Shown here: positions 29,008 through 41,936 of the stretch, in pieces
Numbering within the stretch: the stretch's first letter is position 1
Layout of the letters: each line of letters opens with the position of its first letter
Source of the DNA: Bacteroidales bacterium UBA1195
GTDB taxonomy: Bacteria; Bacteroidota; Bacteroidia; Bacteroidales; WCHB1-69
Reading direction: 5' to 3'
Length of the DNA stretch: 57,872 bases
NCBI GenBank assembly: GCA_002309855.1
Contig: DBYD01000054.1
Coordinates: 4,272-62,143, forward strand
The notes under the pieces: generated by a model
The model's input: the letters and a program-made list of their open reading frames with translations, nothing else
Database searches by the model: none
What the model was told of the DNA's origin: nothing
Position numbers and translations under genes: made by a program

Positions 29008-30744
29008 TTAATGAATCACATTTATTTTCTTGGTGGCATAACCGTTTTCAGATTGTATTTTCACGATATACAATCCGTTGGCGAAATCGTGAACATTCAC
29101 ATCCAGCTGGTTTCCGGCACTGTTGCCGTTATAGACCCGCTGTCCGACAGCATTGAAAATCTCCACTTGGAGAAGCGCATGCTCAGAGACAATGCGGAAC
29201 TGGTCCTGCGCAGGGTTCGGGAAGACATTGATGGAACGGTCTTCTGCGCATTCCACAACATCAACTGCCAGATGAACGTCTATGTCATCCAAATAGAGCC
29301 TGCCCGTGGAAGCGGGGCTGGCGCATTTGAAACCAATGAAATAATAGCCAGGTTTCTCCACCTTGAAGCGGGCAGTGCCCTCAACATAACCGCGGTTATG
29401 CTCGGCATCCTCCTCACCAGCCTTGTTGACTATGTTCTCATGCCAGTTCAGTTCCCACATAAGGGATTGGTATTTCTGCTGGTAAGCCCAAGCCACCACC
29501 AGTTTCTGAGGTTTGCTCGGATCGGAGGCGGCATACCAGTAATGCAGCTCATGATCCTTGGCATCACCAAAATAGATCATTTTGGTGAAGAACCAGTCGT
29601 TGGCATCATACTTGGTGTTACCTGCATACTCCATGCAACCTTCACCGCGACGGGCATAGAAAACGGTTTTCACATCCTTCCATGTGGATTCATCCTTGCG
29701 AATGTTGAAGAAACGGATACCGGAAATGTCCGCGGCAGAATCGAAGCTGTTGATGTAAGGCACACCGGCAGGACTGACATTGTCCGCAATGGTGGCCGGC
29801 ATGGAGTCGTTCGAACGGTCCAGGTCGCTGGGAATATCAACCCAGGCGATGAGCGTGTCACGGACACCCTTACGGAAACGGAGTCCTTTCGGGAAGGTGA
29901 CATGCATGGTGTCCAAGGTGTTGAGCGGCCTTTTCACCTTGTAGTTCTGGGCAAATGCGAATTTGTCCTTCCAGCTGGCGACATCGGAGGATTTCAGGTA
30001 CCATACATCAAATTCCTCAACCTTGTGTCCCCTGTTGCGGATCACAACGGTCATAGGAACTGCAGTGTCCATGTTCTGCATGGGCACCTCCGGTGACAGC
30101 ATCTCGACAAACTCCAGGTCATACTCGGAAACTTCACCGATACGGATCTGGTCCACGCCGAAAACTCCGCCGAACTCAAACATGGATGAGGAGGTCGGAT
30201 AGAGATAGGCGCGGAAGGCGATACGGATATCCTTGCCGACATAATCCGCCAAGGAGAAAGAGAAGGAGGCCCACTCGTTGTTACGATAGGCGGGATAGGT
30301 GCCGAGCGGCGTGAAGCTGGAGGTGTCGGTGCTTCCGGTCCCGGAGATGAGCACCTGGAAGTTGCAGTTCTCACTTCCGGAGAAATTGCACATGTAGTAG
30401 CTCAGATAGTCACCATCCTTGATACCTTTGATCAGCGGGGAGATAACCCAGGAGTCAGTACCTTTGTTCGGAGCGCCGCCACAGGCGAAGGTGGCCGTGT
30501 TCTTGTTGGTGTCGCCACCTGTCGGAGTGCTGATCGGCACATTGGAGACGGTATTTCCGGCAACATTGATCTGCCATCCCTTGGCATTGTCGCCACAACC
30601 GTTACGCATCGGGACTTTGTCCACGACAGTCCACGGACTCATCTTAATGTTGTGGTTGTACTTTTCCCAACCCTCATAAAAACGCTGGCCCTGCGTGAAT
30701 CCCATCGCAAACAGTCCAACGAAAAGCAAACAAACTTTTTTCAT
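29008..30744 (-). CDS. T9SS-secreted protein with cleaved-adhesin/choice-of-anchor-J-like domains
   Basis: Signal peptide MKKVCLLF; DSWVISP, LADYVGKDIRIAFR, ANDWFFT, LYLDDI; C-terminal sorting domain VFPNPA..IFNAVGQ..GLYIVK..KKINV. Confidence 0.82.
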   Translation of the reverse strand: MKKVCLLFVGLFAMGFTQGQRFYEGWEKYNHNIKMSPWTVVDKVPMRNGCGDNAKGWQINVAGNTVSNVPISTPTGGDTNKNTATFACGGAPNKGTDSWVISPLIKGIKDGDYLSYYMCNFSGSENCNFQVLISGTGSTDTSSFTPLGTYPAYRNNEWASFSFSLADYVGKDIRIAFRAYLYPTSSSMFEFGGVFGVDQIRIGEVSEYDLEFVEMLSPEVPMQNMDTAVPMTVVIRNRGHKVEEFDVWYLKSSDVASWKDKFAFAQNYKVKRPLNTLDTMHVTFPKGLRFRKGVRDTLIAWVDIPSDLDRSNDSMPATIADNVSPAGVPYINSFDSAADISGIRFFNIRKDESTWKDVKTVFYARRGEGCMEYAGNTKYDANDWFFTKMIYFGDAKDHELHYWYAASDPSKPQKLVVAWAYQQKYQSLMWELNWHENIVNKAGEEDAEHNRGYVEGTARFKVEKPGYYFIGFKCASPASTGRLYLDDIDVHLAVDVVECAEDRSINVFPNPAQDQFRIVSEHALLQVEIFNAVGQRVYNGNSAGNQLDVNVHDFANGLYIVKIQSENGYATKKINVIH

Positions 30745-30789
30745 CTTGCATTGTGTTTGGTTAATATTCAATTATTTAATTTCCTAAAA

Positions 30790-33645
<2,856 letters not shown>

Positions 33646-33769
33646 GCTATTTGCGTTTAATTATTATTACTTGTTTTTAAAAGGCAAATTTCCATAAAAA
33701 ATCAATATAAACCCGCCACGCACAAAACATTTAATTGAAAAAAAAGATAAACCGATGTCACACATGACA

Positions 33770-33868
33770 TTACAACGCCTCAACGCAGCTTCACGAGCAG
33801 TCCTTTCCGGAAGCAACGGGTCAGGTTGTTACGGTCGGAATCCTTCTCCCATAACAGCACCATAGAGA
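33770..33868 (-). promoter_or_regulatory. TPP-riboswitch-like RNA fold in the gcvP leader (variant)
   Basis: Minus strand reads UAUGGUGC..GGGAGA-AGGAUUCC-GACCGUA-AC-AACCUGA-CC-stem-GCG-UUG-AGG; P2 UAUGGU/ACCGUA and P4 CCU/AGG fall in TPP order. Confidence 0.6.
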
Positions 33869-34017
33869 CAAACATTTTGAGAAGACGGTAATATCTGCCG
33901 GAAAAAATTTTGAGAATATTGCAAAAAAAGGTATTTTTGCACAAAATTTCAAATACCTGAAAAAGTTATCGGATTATTTCGTAATTTTGCGGCGTGATTT
34001 AAAAAAATACTTTCACC

Positions 34018-34542
34018 ATGAAGAATCTGATCAAGACAATGCCCATTGTGGCAACAGTGGCCCTGCTCGTGGCAGGCGCGTTCCTCTTCGCAGGATGCGA
34101 GAAGGAGAAAATAACAAATGAAAACAACTCATCCGGTGTTCAGGAAGAAACGGCATTAAATCCTATTGTGCCTGACAGTTCGGTTAAAGAAAAACTTGAT
34201 GATTTCTTTTCAAAATGGGAGGACACTGTCACGGTAAAGTTCACCGACTGCATCAATGTGATTAACGGGATGGATGAGCTGAAAAAGCTCGGATGTGATG
34301 ACATCAACATTGATTTTCGAAAATACAGCCTTGTCTGGGGCAAAGTCATGGCGTATCATACAGGATATTACATAAACAATCGGGATTTATTTGACGGTGG
34401 AGACGGAACTTACCATTATGATGTCATACTGCATGTGCGTAATTCGGGATACGGTGTTGTGTATGGCATCTACTTCTGGGATTTATTTCCTAAAAAGAAT
34501 TATAAAAATTTGGTACTTAACGTTAAGACTGTATATTTGTGA
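34018..34542 (+). CDS. Hypothetical lipoprotein
   Basis: Lipobox-like LFAG-C-EKE after a hydrophobic signal; TAATTTTG promoter element upstream. Confidence 0.75.
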   Translation: MKNLIKTMPIVATVALLVAGAFLFAGCEKEKITNENNSSGVQEETALNPIVPDSSVKEKLDDFFSKWEDTVTVKFTDCINVINGMDELKKLGCDDINIDFRKYSLVWGKVMAYHTGYYINNRDLFDGGDGTYHYDVILHVRNSGYGVVYGIYFWDLFPKKNYKNLVLNVKTVYL

Positions 34543-34860
34543 AATAGATCACATGATTGGTAGCAGTGATTTCGGGAGCTGTAAGTGAGGTCAAGGCGGA
34601 CAACATTGATTGAAAGTATTCCATTTAATAATGTGATTGCTGTTCCCACACCGGTTGACCATGAGCAACATTGCCGGTAATATTATAAAGGGAAGGCACT
34701 TTACGGTATCAAGAAATCAGCAATTCGGATTCGGAAAGCAGCTGAAAAAAAAGTGCCGTGCAAAGGATGAAGTTTGAAAAAAAATGACTACTTTTGCAAG
34801 TTTCTGCTGGGGCAATCCGGCAGAAACCCGAGAGTATCAGATCTATTATTTATTTGACAG

Positions 34861-35601
34861 ATGTACAGATTAGTATTATTGAGACACGGACAGAGCGAAT
34901 GGAATTTGGCCAACCTCTTCACAGGCTGGACAGACGTGGATTTGTCGGAAAAAGGAATCGCCGAGGCAAAGGAGGCCGGCGTCAAGATGAGGGAAGCCGG
35001 TTTCCGGTTCCAATACGCCTTCACCTCCTACCTTAAACGCGCCATAAAGACGCTGTTCTATGCCTTGGACGAGATGGACAGTCTCTGGATTCCGGTGGAA
35101 AAGTCCTGGAAACTGAACGAAAAGCACTACGGAATGCTGCAGGGCATGAACAAAAGCGAGGCCACAAAAAAATATGGTGCCGATCAAATCCTTTTATGGA
35201 GAAGAAGCTGGGATGTGGCTCCTCTCCCATTGTCAAAGGAGGATCCCACCCATCCGATGCATGACGCACGTTACCAAGGAATTCCGAATATTCCTGGAAC
35301 AGAGGCCCTGAAAGACACCATGGAACGTCTCCTTCCGTTTTGGGAGGAACGGATCATTCCCGTCCTGAAGGAGAAAAAGGAGGTGCTCATCGCCGCACAC
35401 GGCAACAGTTTACGTGCCATCGTCAAGCATATCAAAAACATGGGGAACGAGGAAATCATCAGCTTCAACATTCCGACAGGAATTCCCTACGTGTTTGAAT
35501 ATGATGAGAAAATGCGGCTGGTGAAAGACTATTTCATTGCAGACCCGGAGACATTGAAGAAGCTGATGGAGCAGGTGGCCAACCAGGGAGCTGCCAAATA
35601 G
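34861..35601 (+). CDS. gpmA: 2,3-BPG-dependent phosphoglycerate mutase
   Basis: LVLLRHGQSEWN..N.FTGW.DV.L, LNEKHYG.LQG, AAHGNSLRA. Confidence 0.96.
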   Translation: MYRLVLLRHGQSEWNLANLFTGWTDVDLSEKGIAEAKEAGVKMREAGFRFQYAFTSYLKRAIKTLFYALDEMDSLWIPVEKSWKLNEKHYGMLQGMNKSEATKKYGADQILLWRRSWDVAPLPLSKEDPTHPMHDARYQGIPNIPGTEALKDTMERLLPFWEERIIPVLKEKKEVLIAAHGNSLRAIVKHIKNMGNEEIISFNIPTGIPYVFEYDEKMRLVKDYFIADPETLKKLMEQVANQGAAK

Positions 35602-35604
35602 CCC

Positions 35605-36288
35605 ATGCGTTTCGACATCCTCACCCTGTTCCCGGAGATGTTCGAGGGCATATTCTCCGTCTCCATCCTGAAGCGGGCCCGCGACAAGGGGCTGGCGGAG
35701 TACCACCTGCACAACATCCGCGACTATTCCACCGACAAGCACCGCCGAGTGGACGACTACCCCTTCAGCGGGGAATCGGGCATGGTGATGAAGATTGAGC
35801 CGGTTGCCGCCTGCATCCGCCATCTGCAGCAGGAGCGCAATTACGATGAAATCATCTTCCTCACCCCGGACGGCGAAGTCCTGAACCAGTCCATCGCCAA
35901 CGAACTATCCATGAAAGGGAACCTTATGCTGCTCTGCGGCCACTACAAGGGCATTGACGAGAGGATACGGGAAATGTTTGTCACACGTGAGATTTCGGTG
36001 GGCGACTACGTGCTTTCCGGCGGGGAGCTGCCGGCCGCCGCCCTCACCGACGCCATCGTGCGGCTGATTCCGGGCGTGCTGCACGACGAGACCTCCGCCC
36101 TCTCCGACTCCTTCCAATACGAGCTGCTCTCCCCGCCCGTCTACACCCGCCCCTACGATTTCGAGGGGCACACCGTGCCGGACGTGCTGCTTTCCGGCAA
36201 CGAAAAACTTATCGCGGAGTGGAAGTACCAGAAGGCGCTGGAGCGCACCCGCGAACGGCGGCCGGATCTGCTGGGAGAAAACGAATAA
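35605..36288 (+). CDS. trmD: tRNA (guanine37-N1)-methyltransferase
   Basis: [41 protein letters not shown]. Confidence 0.97.
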   Translation: MRFDILTLFPEMFEGIFSVSILKRARDKGLAEYHLHNIRDYSTDKHRRVDDYPFSGESGMVMKIEPVAACIRHLQQERNYDEIIFLTPDGEVLNQSIANELSMKGNLMLLCGHYKGIDERIREMFVTREISVGDYVLSGGELPAAALTDAIVRLIPGVLHDETSALSDSFQYELLSPPVYTRPYDFEGHTVPDVLLSGNEKLIAEWKYQKALERTRERRPDLLGENE

Positions 36289-36319
36289 TTTAATAATATA
36301 ACACTAAACCTATAAAAAA

Positions 36320-39286
36320 ATGATAAATTTAAAAAAATCAGAGACTGCAAAAAAATTTGCAGAGGCATGGCAGGGCAAAGGCTATGAAAAGGGTGACACA
36401 CAGAAGTTCTGGCTTGAACTTCTGCAAAAGGTGCTTGGGGTTGAAGACCCATATTCCTTCGTGGAGTTTGAGGATAAGGTGATGGTTGACAGCACCAACT
36501 TCATGGATGTTTACCTTCCTGCCACCCGAGTGCTGATTGAGCAGAAGGGCATCGGCAAAAACCTTGATGCACCCGTCCGCCAGAGTGACGGTGCGTTGTT
36601 GAACCCATTCCAGCAGGCGAAAAAGTACATTGTCGGGCTTCCATTGTCGCGCCATCCGCGCTGGGTGGTGACCTGCAACTTCACGGAGTTCCGCGTATAC
36701 GATATGGAGCAGCCCAACGGAGAGCCACAGAAAATCTTTCTGAAAGACCTGGAAAAGGAACATTACCGTCTGCAATTCCTTGTGGACAGCAAGAGCGAGC
36801 ACATCACCAAGGAGATGAGAGTGTCGATGCAGGCCGGTGAGATTGTGGGCCGCATCTATGATGCGCTGCTGGAGCAGTACAACGACACATCTCCCGAAGC
36901 GCTCCGCTGGCTCAACATCCTTTGCGTGCGCATCGTGTTCTGCCTCTACGCAGAAGATGCAGGCGTGTTTGCCCACGACCAGTTCCACGACTATCTGGCA
37001 AGTACGGCCCCAGAGGATATTCGGGAGGATTTGATAAAACTTTTTGGAACACTCAACACTCCTGTTGAGAAGCGCAGCCATTATCTGAAACCGTCGCTTG
37101 CCGCCTTCCCCTACACCAACGGCGGGCTCTTCGCCGAAGAGATTGAGATACCGCAGTTCACCGACGGATTGAAGCGAACACTGCTTGACAACGCCAGCCT
37201 TGATTTCGACTGGAGCGAAATCTCGCCAACCATCTTCGGCGCAGTGTTTGAAAGCACCCTAAACCCCGACACACGGCGCAAGGGCGGCATGCACTATACA
37301 AGCATCGAAAACATCCACAAGGTCATCGACCCGCTATTCCTGAATGACCTGCGCCAGGAACTGGACGAAATTCTTGAAGTGAGAGTGGAGAAAGAACGCG
37401 GGAAGAGGCTTGATGCCTATCGGAACAAGCTTGCATCGCTAACCTTCCTTGACCCTGCCTGCGGAAGCGGCAATTTTCTTACTGAAACCTATCTTTCGCT
37501 GCGCCGCCTGGAAAACGAGGCCATCATTGCCCGCCACCACGGACAGTCGTTCCTCGGTTTGGAGGAGGTAAATCCCATAAAGGTCAGCATCAACCAGTTC
37601 TACGGTATTGAAATCAACGATTTCGCCGTCACTGTCGCCACCACAGCCCTCTGGATTTCGGAAGCCCAGATGCTCCGCGAGACCGAGAAGATAGTACGGC
37701 ACGACATCGACTTCCTGCCGCTGAAGAGCTATGCGAACATCATGGAGGGGAATGCGCTGCGGCTGCCGTGGGATGAGTGGGAGATTAAGGATGAAACCGT
37801 GGCGGTTTATGCGGAACGGGCTTATGTCTATCCGCGGCGGGAAACGGTGACAAAGGTAAGTGAGCCGGAAGCGGTCTATGGCAAGATCGACATCTATGCC
37901 GATGAGGCGGTCACTTACAGCAAGCCGAAGGAAAAGCAATTCCGGCATGTGAATTTCAACTACATCATGGGCAACCCGCCGTTTGTAGGCTATACCTATC
38001 AGAGCAAAAGTCAAAAGGAGGATTTGGCGGCCATCATGAAAGGCTTTGGCGGCAATATCGACTATGTTGCGGGCTGGTACCTGAAAGCTGCGCAGACAAT
38101 GCACAAAAACCATGACACACGCACGGCATTGGTTTCAACCAATTCAATAACCCAAGGAGAACAGGTGGCGGCCATCTGGAAACCGCTTTTTGAACGTTAC
38201 AATATCCATTTCGACTTTGCATACCGCACTTTCCGCTGGGACAGCGAAAGCGAACAAAAGGCACATGTACATTGTGTGATCATCGGATTCAGCTGCGGCG
38301 AATCTTCAGGCAAAAAAAGGATCTTTTTCAAGGAAAGCCAAATTGAGGTGACGAACATAAATCCATATCTGTTGGACGCTCCGGATGTTTTTGTTGAAAA
38401 GAGAAAACAGCCATTGTGCGATGTTCCGGAAATGATAAAAGGGAGCATACCGGTCGATGGTGGCAACCTGATTATTGAGGCAAATGAATATGAGGATTTT
38501 GTTAAGAAAAATCCACTTGCCGAACCATACATCCATCCTCTTTTGGGTGCTGAGGAATTCATTTCCGGCAAAAAAAGATACTGTCTGTGGTTGGAAAAAG
38601 CCGACCCTGCCATCCTCAAACAGTGTCCCGGCATAATGGCGCGTTTACGGAGAGTCAGGGAAATGCGTCTGGCAAGCACAAAGGCTTCCACCCGTAGGTT
38701 TGCGGATTATCCCACACTCTTTATGGAAAACCGGCAACCAGACACGGACTATTTGCTGGTACCAAGCACAACATCGGAAAACAGGCGATACATTCCTATC
38801 GGTTATCTGGACAAAAATGTAATCACCACAAACGCAAACTTTGCAATTGCCAATGCCACACCCTATCATTTTGGAGTGCTTACTTCCAATGTCCACAATG
38901 CTTGGATGCGGGCGGTTTGCGGACGGCTGAAAAGCGATTACCGATATTCTGTCACCATCGTCTACAACAACTACCCATGGCCAAACCCAACCGAAGAGCA
39001 AAAATCGAAGATTGAAAAAACGGCCCAAGCCATCCTTGACGCACGGGCCATATATCCGGATTCTTCATTGGCTGACCTCTATGATGAGACCGCCATGCCA
39101 CCGGAGTTGCGCAAAGCCCATCAGGACAACGACCGTGCAGTGATGCAGGCCTACGGTTTCGACCAGAAGATGTATACTGACGACAAAGAGTCCCTTATCG
39201 TTGCCGAACTGTTCAAACTGTATCGGGAAATGACAGATAGTGGCATGGGAACAATAAAGAATTACAAAACAGAAAACCGAACATAG
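36320..39286 (+). CDS. MmeI-like type IIL restriction-modification enzyme (fused REase, m6A MTase, TRD)
   Basis: N-terminal D..LIEQK nuclease motif, NGGLF, IFGAVFES, GMHYTS, LDPACGSGNFL (motif I), GNPPF (motif IV), AWMRAVCGRLKSDYRYS, LADLYD..MP.EL..AH. Confidence 0.9.
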   Translation: MINLKKSETAKKFAEAWQGKGYEKGDTQKFWLELLQKVLGVEDPYSFVEFEDKVMVDSTNFMDVYLPATRVLIEQKGIGKNLDAPVRQSDGALLNPFQQAKKYIVGLPLSRHPRWVVTCNFTEFRVYDMEQPNGEPQKIFLKDLEKEHYRLQFLVDSKSEHITKEMRVSMQAGEIVGRIYDALLEQYNDTSPEALRWLNILCVRIVFCLYAEDAGVFAHDQFHDYLASTAPEDIREDLIKLFGTLNTPVEKRSHYLKPSLAAFPYTNGGLFAEEIEIPQFTDGLKRTLLDNASLDFDWSEISPTIFGAVFESTLNPDTRRKGGMHYTSIENIHKVIDPLFLNDLRQELDEILEVRVEKERGKRLDAYRNKLASLTFLDPACGSGNFLTETYLSLRRLENEAIIARHHGQSFLGLEEVNPIKVSINQFYGIEINDFAVTVATTALWISEAQMLRETEKIVRHDIDFLPLKSYANIMEGNALRLPWDEWEIKDETVAVYAERAYVYPRRETVTKVSEPEAVYGKIDIYADEAVTYSKPKEKQFRHVNFNYIMGNPPFVGYTYQSKSQKEDLAAIMKGFGGNIDYVAGWYLKAAQTMHKNHDTRTALVSTNSITQGEQVAAIWKPLFERYNIHFDFAYRTFRWDSESEQKAHVHCVIIGFSCGESSGKKRIFFKESQIEVTNINPYLLDAPDVFVEKRKQPLCDVPEMIKGSIPVDGGNLIIEANEYEDFVKKNPLAEPYIHPLLGAEEFISGKKRYCLWLEKADPAILKQCPGIMARLRRVREMRLASTKASTRRFADYPTLFMENRQPDTDYLLVPSTTSENRRYIPIGYLDKNVITTNANFAIANATPYHFGVLTSNVHNAWMRAVCGRLKSDYRYSVTIVYNNYPWPNPTEEQKSKIEKTAQAILDARAIYPDSSLADLYDETAMPPELRKAHQDNDRAVMQAYGFDQKMYTDDKESLIVAELFKLYREMTDSGMGTIKNYKTENRT

Positions 39287-39300
39287 AAAACCAATAACTT

Positions 39301-39855
39301 ATGAAAAAACTTTCGATGGAGGCGCTGCACCGCATTTCGGTGGAGGATTACAAACGGAGCGAGAAGACACCGGTGACGGTGGTGCTGGACAATGTGCGGA
39401 GCATGAACAACGTGGGCTCCGTCTTCCGCACGGCGGACGCCTTCCGCTTGGAGCGGATATGCCTCTGCGGAATCACCGCCCGACCGCCGCACAAGGAGAT
39501 TGAAAAGACCGCCTTAGGCGCGACCGAATCGGTTTCCTGGGAGTATTTCCCGAAAACGATGGAGGCCGTTGCGCGACTGAAAGCTGAGAACTATGCGCTC
39601 TATGCCGTGGAGCAGGTGACGGAGAGCACGCCGCTGCAAAAGTTCCGTTGGGACGGCAGCTCCCCTATCGCACTGATATTCGGCAACGAGGTGATGGGCG
39701 TGGAGCAGCAGGTGGTCGATGCCTGCGACGGCGCCATCGAGATACCACAGGCCGGCACCAAGCACTCGCTGAACATCGCGGTCAGCGCCGGAATGGTGCT
39801 GTGGGAAATGTACAAACAACACCTGGAGGCGCAGGCCTCCGGCCAAAACTCATAG
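39301..39855 (+). CDS. SpoU/TrmH family RNA methyltransferase
   Basis: VVLDNVRS.NNVGSVFRTADA, IFGNEV.GV, IPQ.GTKHSLN. Confidence 0.92.
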   Translation: MKKLSMEALHRISVEDYKRSEKTPVTVVLDNVRSMNNVGSVFRTADAFRLERICLCGITARPPHKEIEKTALGATESVSWEYFPKTMEAVARLKAENYALYAVEQVTESTPLQKFRWDGSSPIALIFGNEVMGVEQQVVDACDGAIEIPQAGTKHSLNIAVSAGMVLWEMYKQHLEAQASGQNS

Positions 39856-39857
39856 CC

Positions 39858-40478
39858 ATGAAACGAATACTTTCATTTTTACTTTTGCTCTGCCTTGCAG
39901 GGGCGCAGGCGCAGCAGAACGACACCACGGAATCCCGCCGCAAAATTCCAAGCCACTTTTACAAGAATGACCTGAAAGTGACCATGCTCTCCCTGTTCAG
40001 CGGCTCCACCAAACTAACCTACGAACGTACATTTTACAATTATTACACCCGACTCGACAACAGTGTGGAAATCACCGGCGGCGTCATCGGCTGGGGCGGC
40101 GACCTGCTCAACCACAACCATTCAAAAGGAGGACTGTGCAGGTTGGCCTACAAATTCATATTTCACTTTAGTGAATACCCATACAGTGAACCGGAACATC
40201 TCTTGAACGGCTTCTACTTCAAGCCGGATGTGGCCTTCTCCTCCTTCAGCTACGATTCGAAAGATGGCATGGAACGGCTGCACAACAACCGTCTGGCCAT
40301 CATGGGCTGCATAGGCTACCAGTGGGTGTGCCACCGCTTTGTCTTTGACATTTTCGGCGGCTTAGGCGCAGGCATCGGCGATGAGAACGAATACAACTAC
40401 TACCACGGCTTCATCGCGCTGCCCAAAGGCACCCCCACAGCCTTCACCGCCGGCTTCAAACTGGGCGTGGCATTTTAA
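39858..40478 (+). CDS. Putative outer-membrane beta-barrel protein
   Basis: Signal peptide MKRILSFLLL..AQA, amphipathic strands, C-terminal Phe; start moved to ATG 39858. Confidence 0.7.
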   Translation: MKRILSFLLLLCLAGAQAQQNDTTESRRKIPSHFYKNDLKVTMLSLFSGSTKLTYERTFYNYYTRLDNSVEITGGVIGWGGDLLNHNHSKGGLCRLAYKFIFHFSEYPYSEPEHLLNGFYFKPDVAFSSFSYDSKDGMERLHNNRLAIMGCIGYQWVCHRFVFDIFGGLGAGIGDENEYNYYHGFIALPKGTPTAFTAGFKLGVAF

Positions 40479-40489
40479 AATGCTCAGCC

Positions 40490-41917
40490 ATGAACAGATA
40501 CACATTACTTTTATTGCTGCTACTGCCGCTGACGGCGGCGAACGCCCAGCGGCTGACAGACCCGAAACAGCTGGTGCCGGAGCTTTCCACACTGACCCAA
40601 CCCAGTCCGAGCGTTTATTTGGATGAATTTTTCCCCAATGTGGACGAGCCCTCCATGTTCCACGGGCCGGTACGCAGTGTGACCACCACGTATGAGATAC
40701 CAGATACTGTCACAAGATATGTTGGCTCTCATAGGATAAAGGTTTATCTTCATGATGTCATGCTAAGCAAAACCACAAATTTCACCTTTTCACAGCAAGG
40801 CAAATTGAGTATGATTGCTGAAAAATATCTCATGCACTCCTACTTTTATTATCGAAAAAAATACAGTCCCAAAGACAAATACTATTTGCGCCACAAAAAA
40901 TTTGACAAAATCAGTCATCCGGAAGTCCGGATGGAAGAGATTCCTGGTGAAAAGAGATGGCGGTTCAAAGATGGGAAACTCGTCTCCTACAGCCATGTGA
41001 GTTTCGAGAAAAATGACACATTGAAGAGGAAACGCCGAAAAGGCAGGATAACCTACTATCTTTCCGGAACTCATATAGGAAACGATTCCGTGCGTCTGAA
41101 ATATGACAGACATGGGAACCTCAGAACTGTAAATCGCTTCAATTCCGACATGACACGCTTTCGTTTTGCCTATGACAGTTTGGGCCGGATGGTCTATATG
41201 AGCCAGAACGATATTAGCTACGGACTGTTGTATGTGTACGCATGGATGTATGATTCCACCGGTTGTACTGCTACGGTGAGTGACCAGTTACGTAAATCGA
41301 GTGATTCAGTTGGGGAGATGCGTCTGCTTCATAAGGAACCGCAGCCGGATGGTTCCCTAGAACTCCGTATCACCTGTTGCGAGGTGATGTCGGACAGTGA
41401 CAAGTCAGCGTATGTGGCTCTGCGGAAGCATCCTGATTCCTGTCTTGCTCCATTTTTCAGCAGGAGGTTGGCGCATTGCGAGGAAAAGATTTCCGAGTCT
41501 CGCAATTGGTGGCATGGATACGAAAACTATTATACTACAGGAGAATACATTTTTGACACCGCAGGCAGGCTAACGGGATACACCCTGCAAAATGCCTCAA
41601 CAATGGCTGTATGCTATGACAGCGCAGGCAGGGTTGTAGAAATGAAAGCGATTGGTGGAACACTTTATTTTCCAAAAAGTTATTATTTAATAGATCGTTC
41701 ATTGCGTGTTAGAAGTGGAGTGTACCGGCAAATCCTCTTCTCCTACGATGAAGAGGGACAAGTGTCTGGAATCGCACTAACGGACCAGTCCGGAAAAAAG
41801 GAGGCCATCTCCATCCGCTACACCTACGATTCGCACCACAACTGGATTCGCCGCGAAGTCTGGCGAGACGACAAACTGACAGGCGCCGTTTCGCGGCAGA
41901 TAGAATATGCGGAGTGA
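40490..41917 (+). CDS. Secreted YD-repeat-like protein
   Basis: Signal peptide; GPVRSV, YDRHGN, YDSLGR, YDSAGR, YTYDSHHNWI..RQIEY. Confidence 0.7.
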   Translation: MNRYTLLLLLLLPLTAANAQRLTDPKQLVPELSTLTQPSPSVYLDEFFPNVDEPSMFHGPVRSVTTTYEIPDTVTRYVGSHRIKVYLHDVMLSKTTNFTFSQQGKLSMIAEKYLMHSYFYYRKKYSPKDKYYLRHKKFDKISHPEVRMEEIPGEKRWRFKDGKLVSYSHVSFEKNDTLKRKRRKGRITYYLSGTHIGNDSVRLKYDRHGNLRTVNRFNSDMTRFRFAYDSLGRMVYMSQNDISYGLLYVYAWMYDSTGCTATVSDQLRKSSDSVGEMRLLHKEPQPDGSLELRITCCEVMSDSDKSAYVALRKHPDSCLAPFFSRRLAHCEEKISESRNWWHGYENYYTTGEYIFDTAGRLTGYTLQNASTMAVCYDSAGRVVEMKAIGGTLYFPKSYYLIDRSLRVRSGVYRQILFSYDEEGQVSGIALTDQSGKKEAISIRYTYDSHHNWIRREVWRDDKLTGAVSRQIEYAE

Positions 41918-41936
41918 AGCTGGGGTTAGTGCTTTT

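Noticed and set aside
33770-33870. Canonical glycine riboswitch or SRP RNA upstream of gcvP
   Set aside because: It lacks the glycine aptamer CCGAAG and CUCUCAGG elements. The SRP-like words GTCAGG and CCGGAAG occur in the wrong order. A TPP-like layout fits better
34600-34740. Peptide NVIAVPTPVDH resembling a nucleotide-sugar dehydrogenase motif
   Set aside because: Only about 10 residues match, bounded by stops; too little to call a pseudogene
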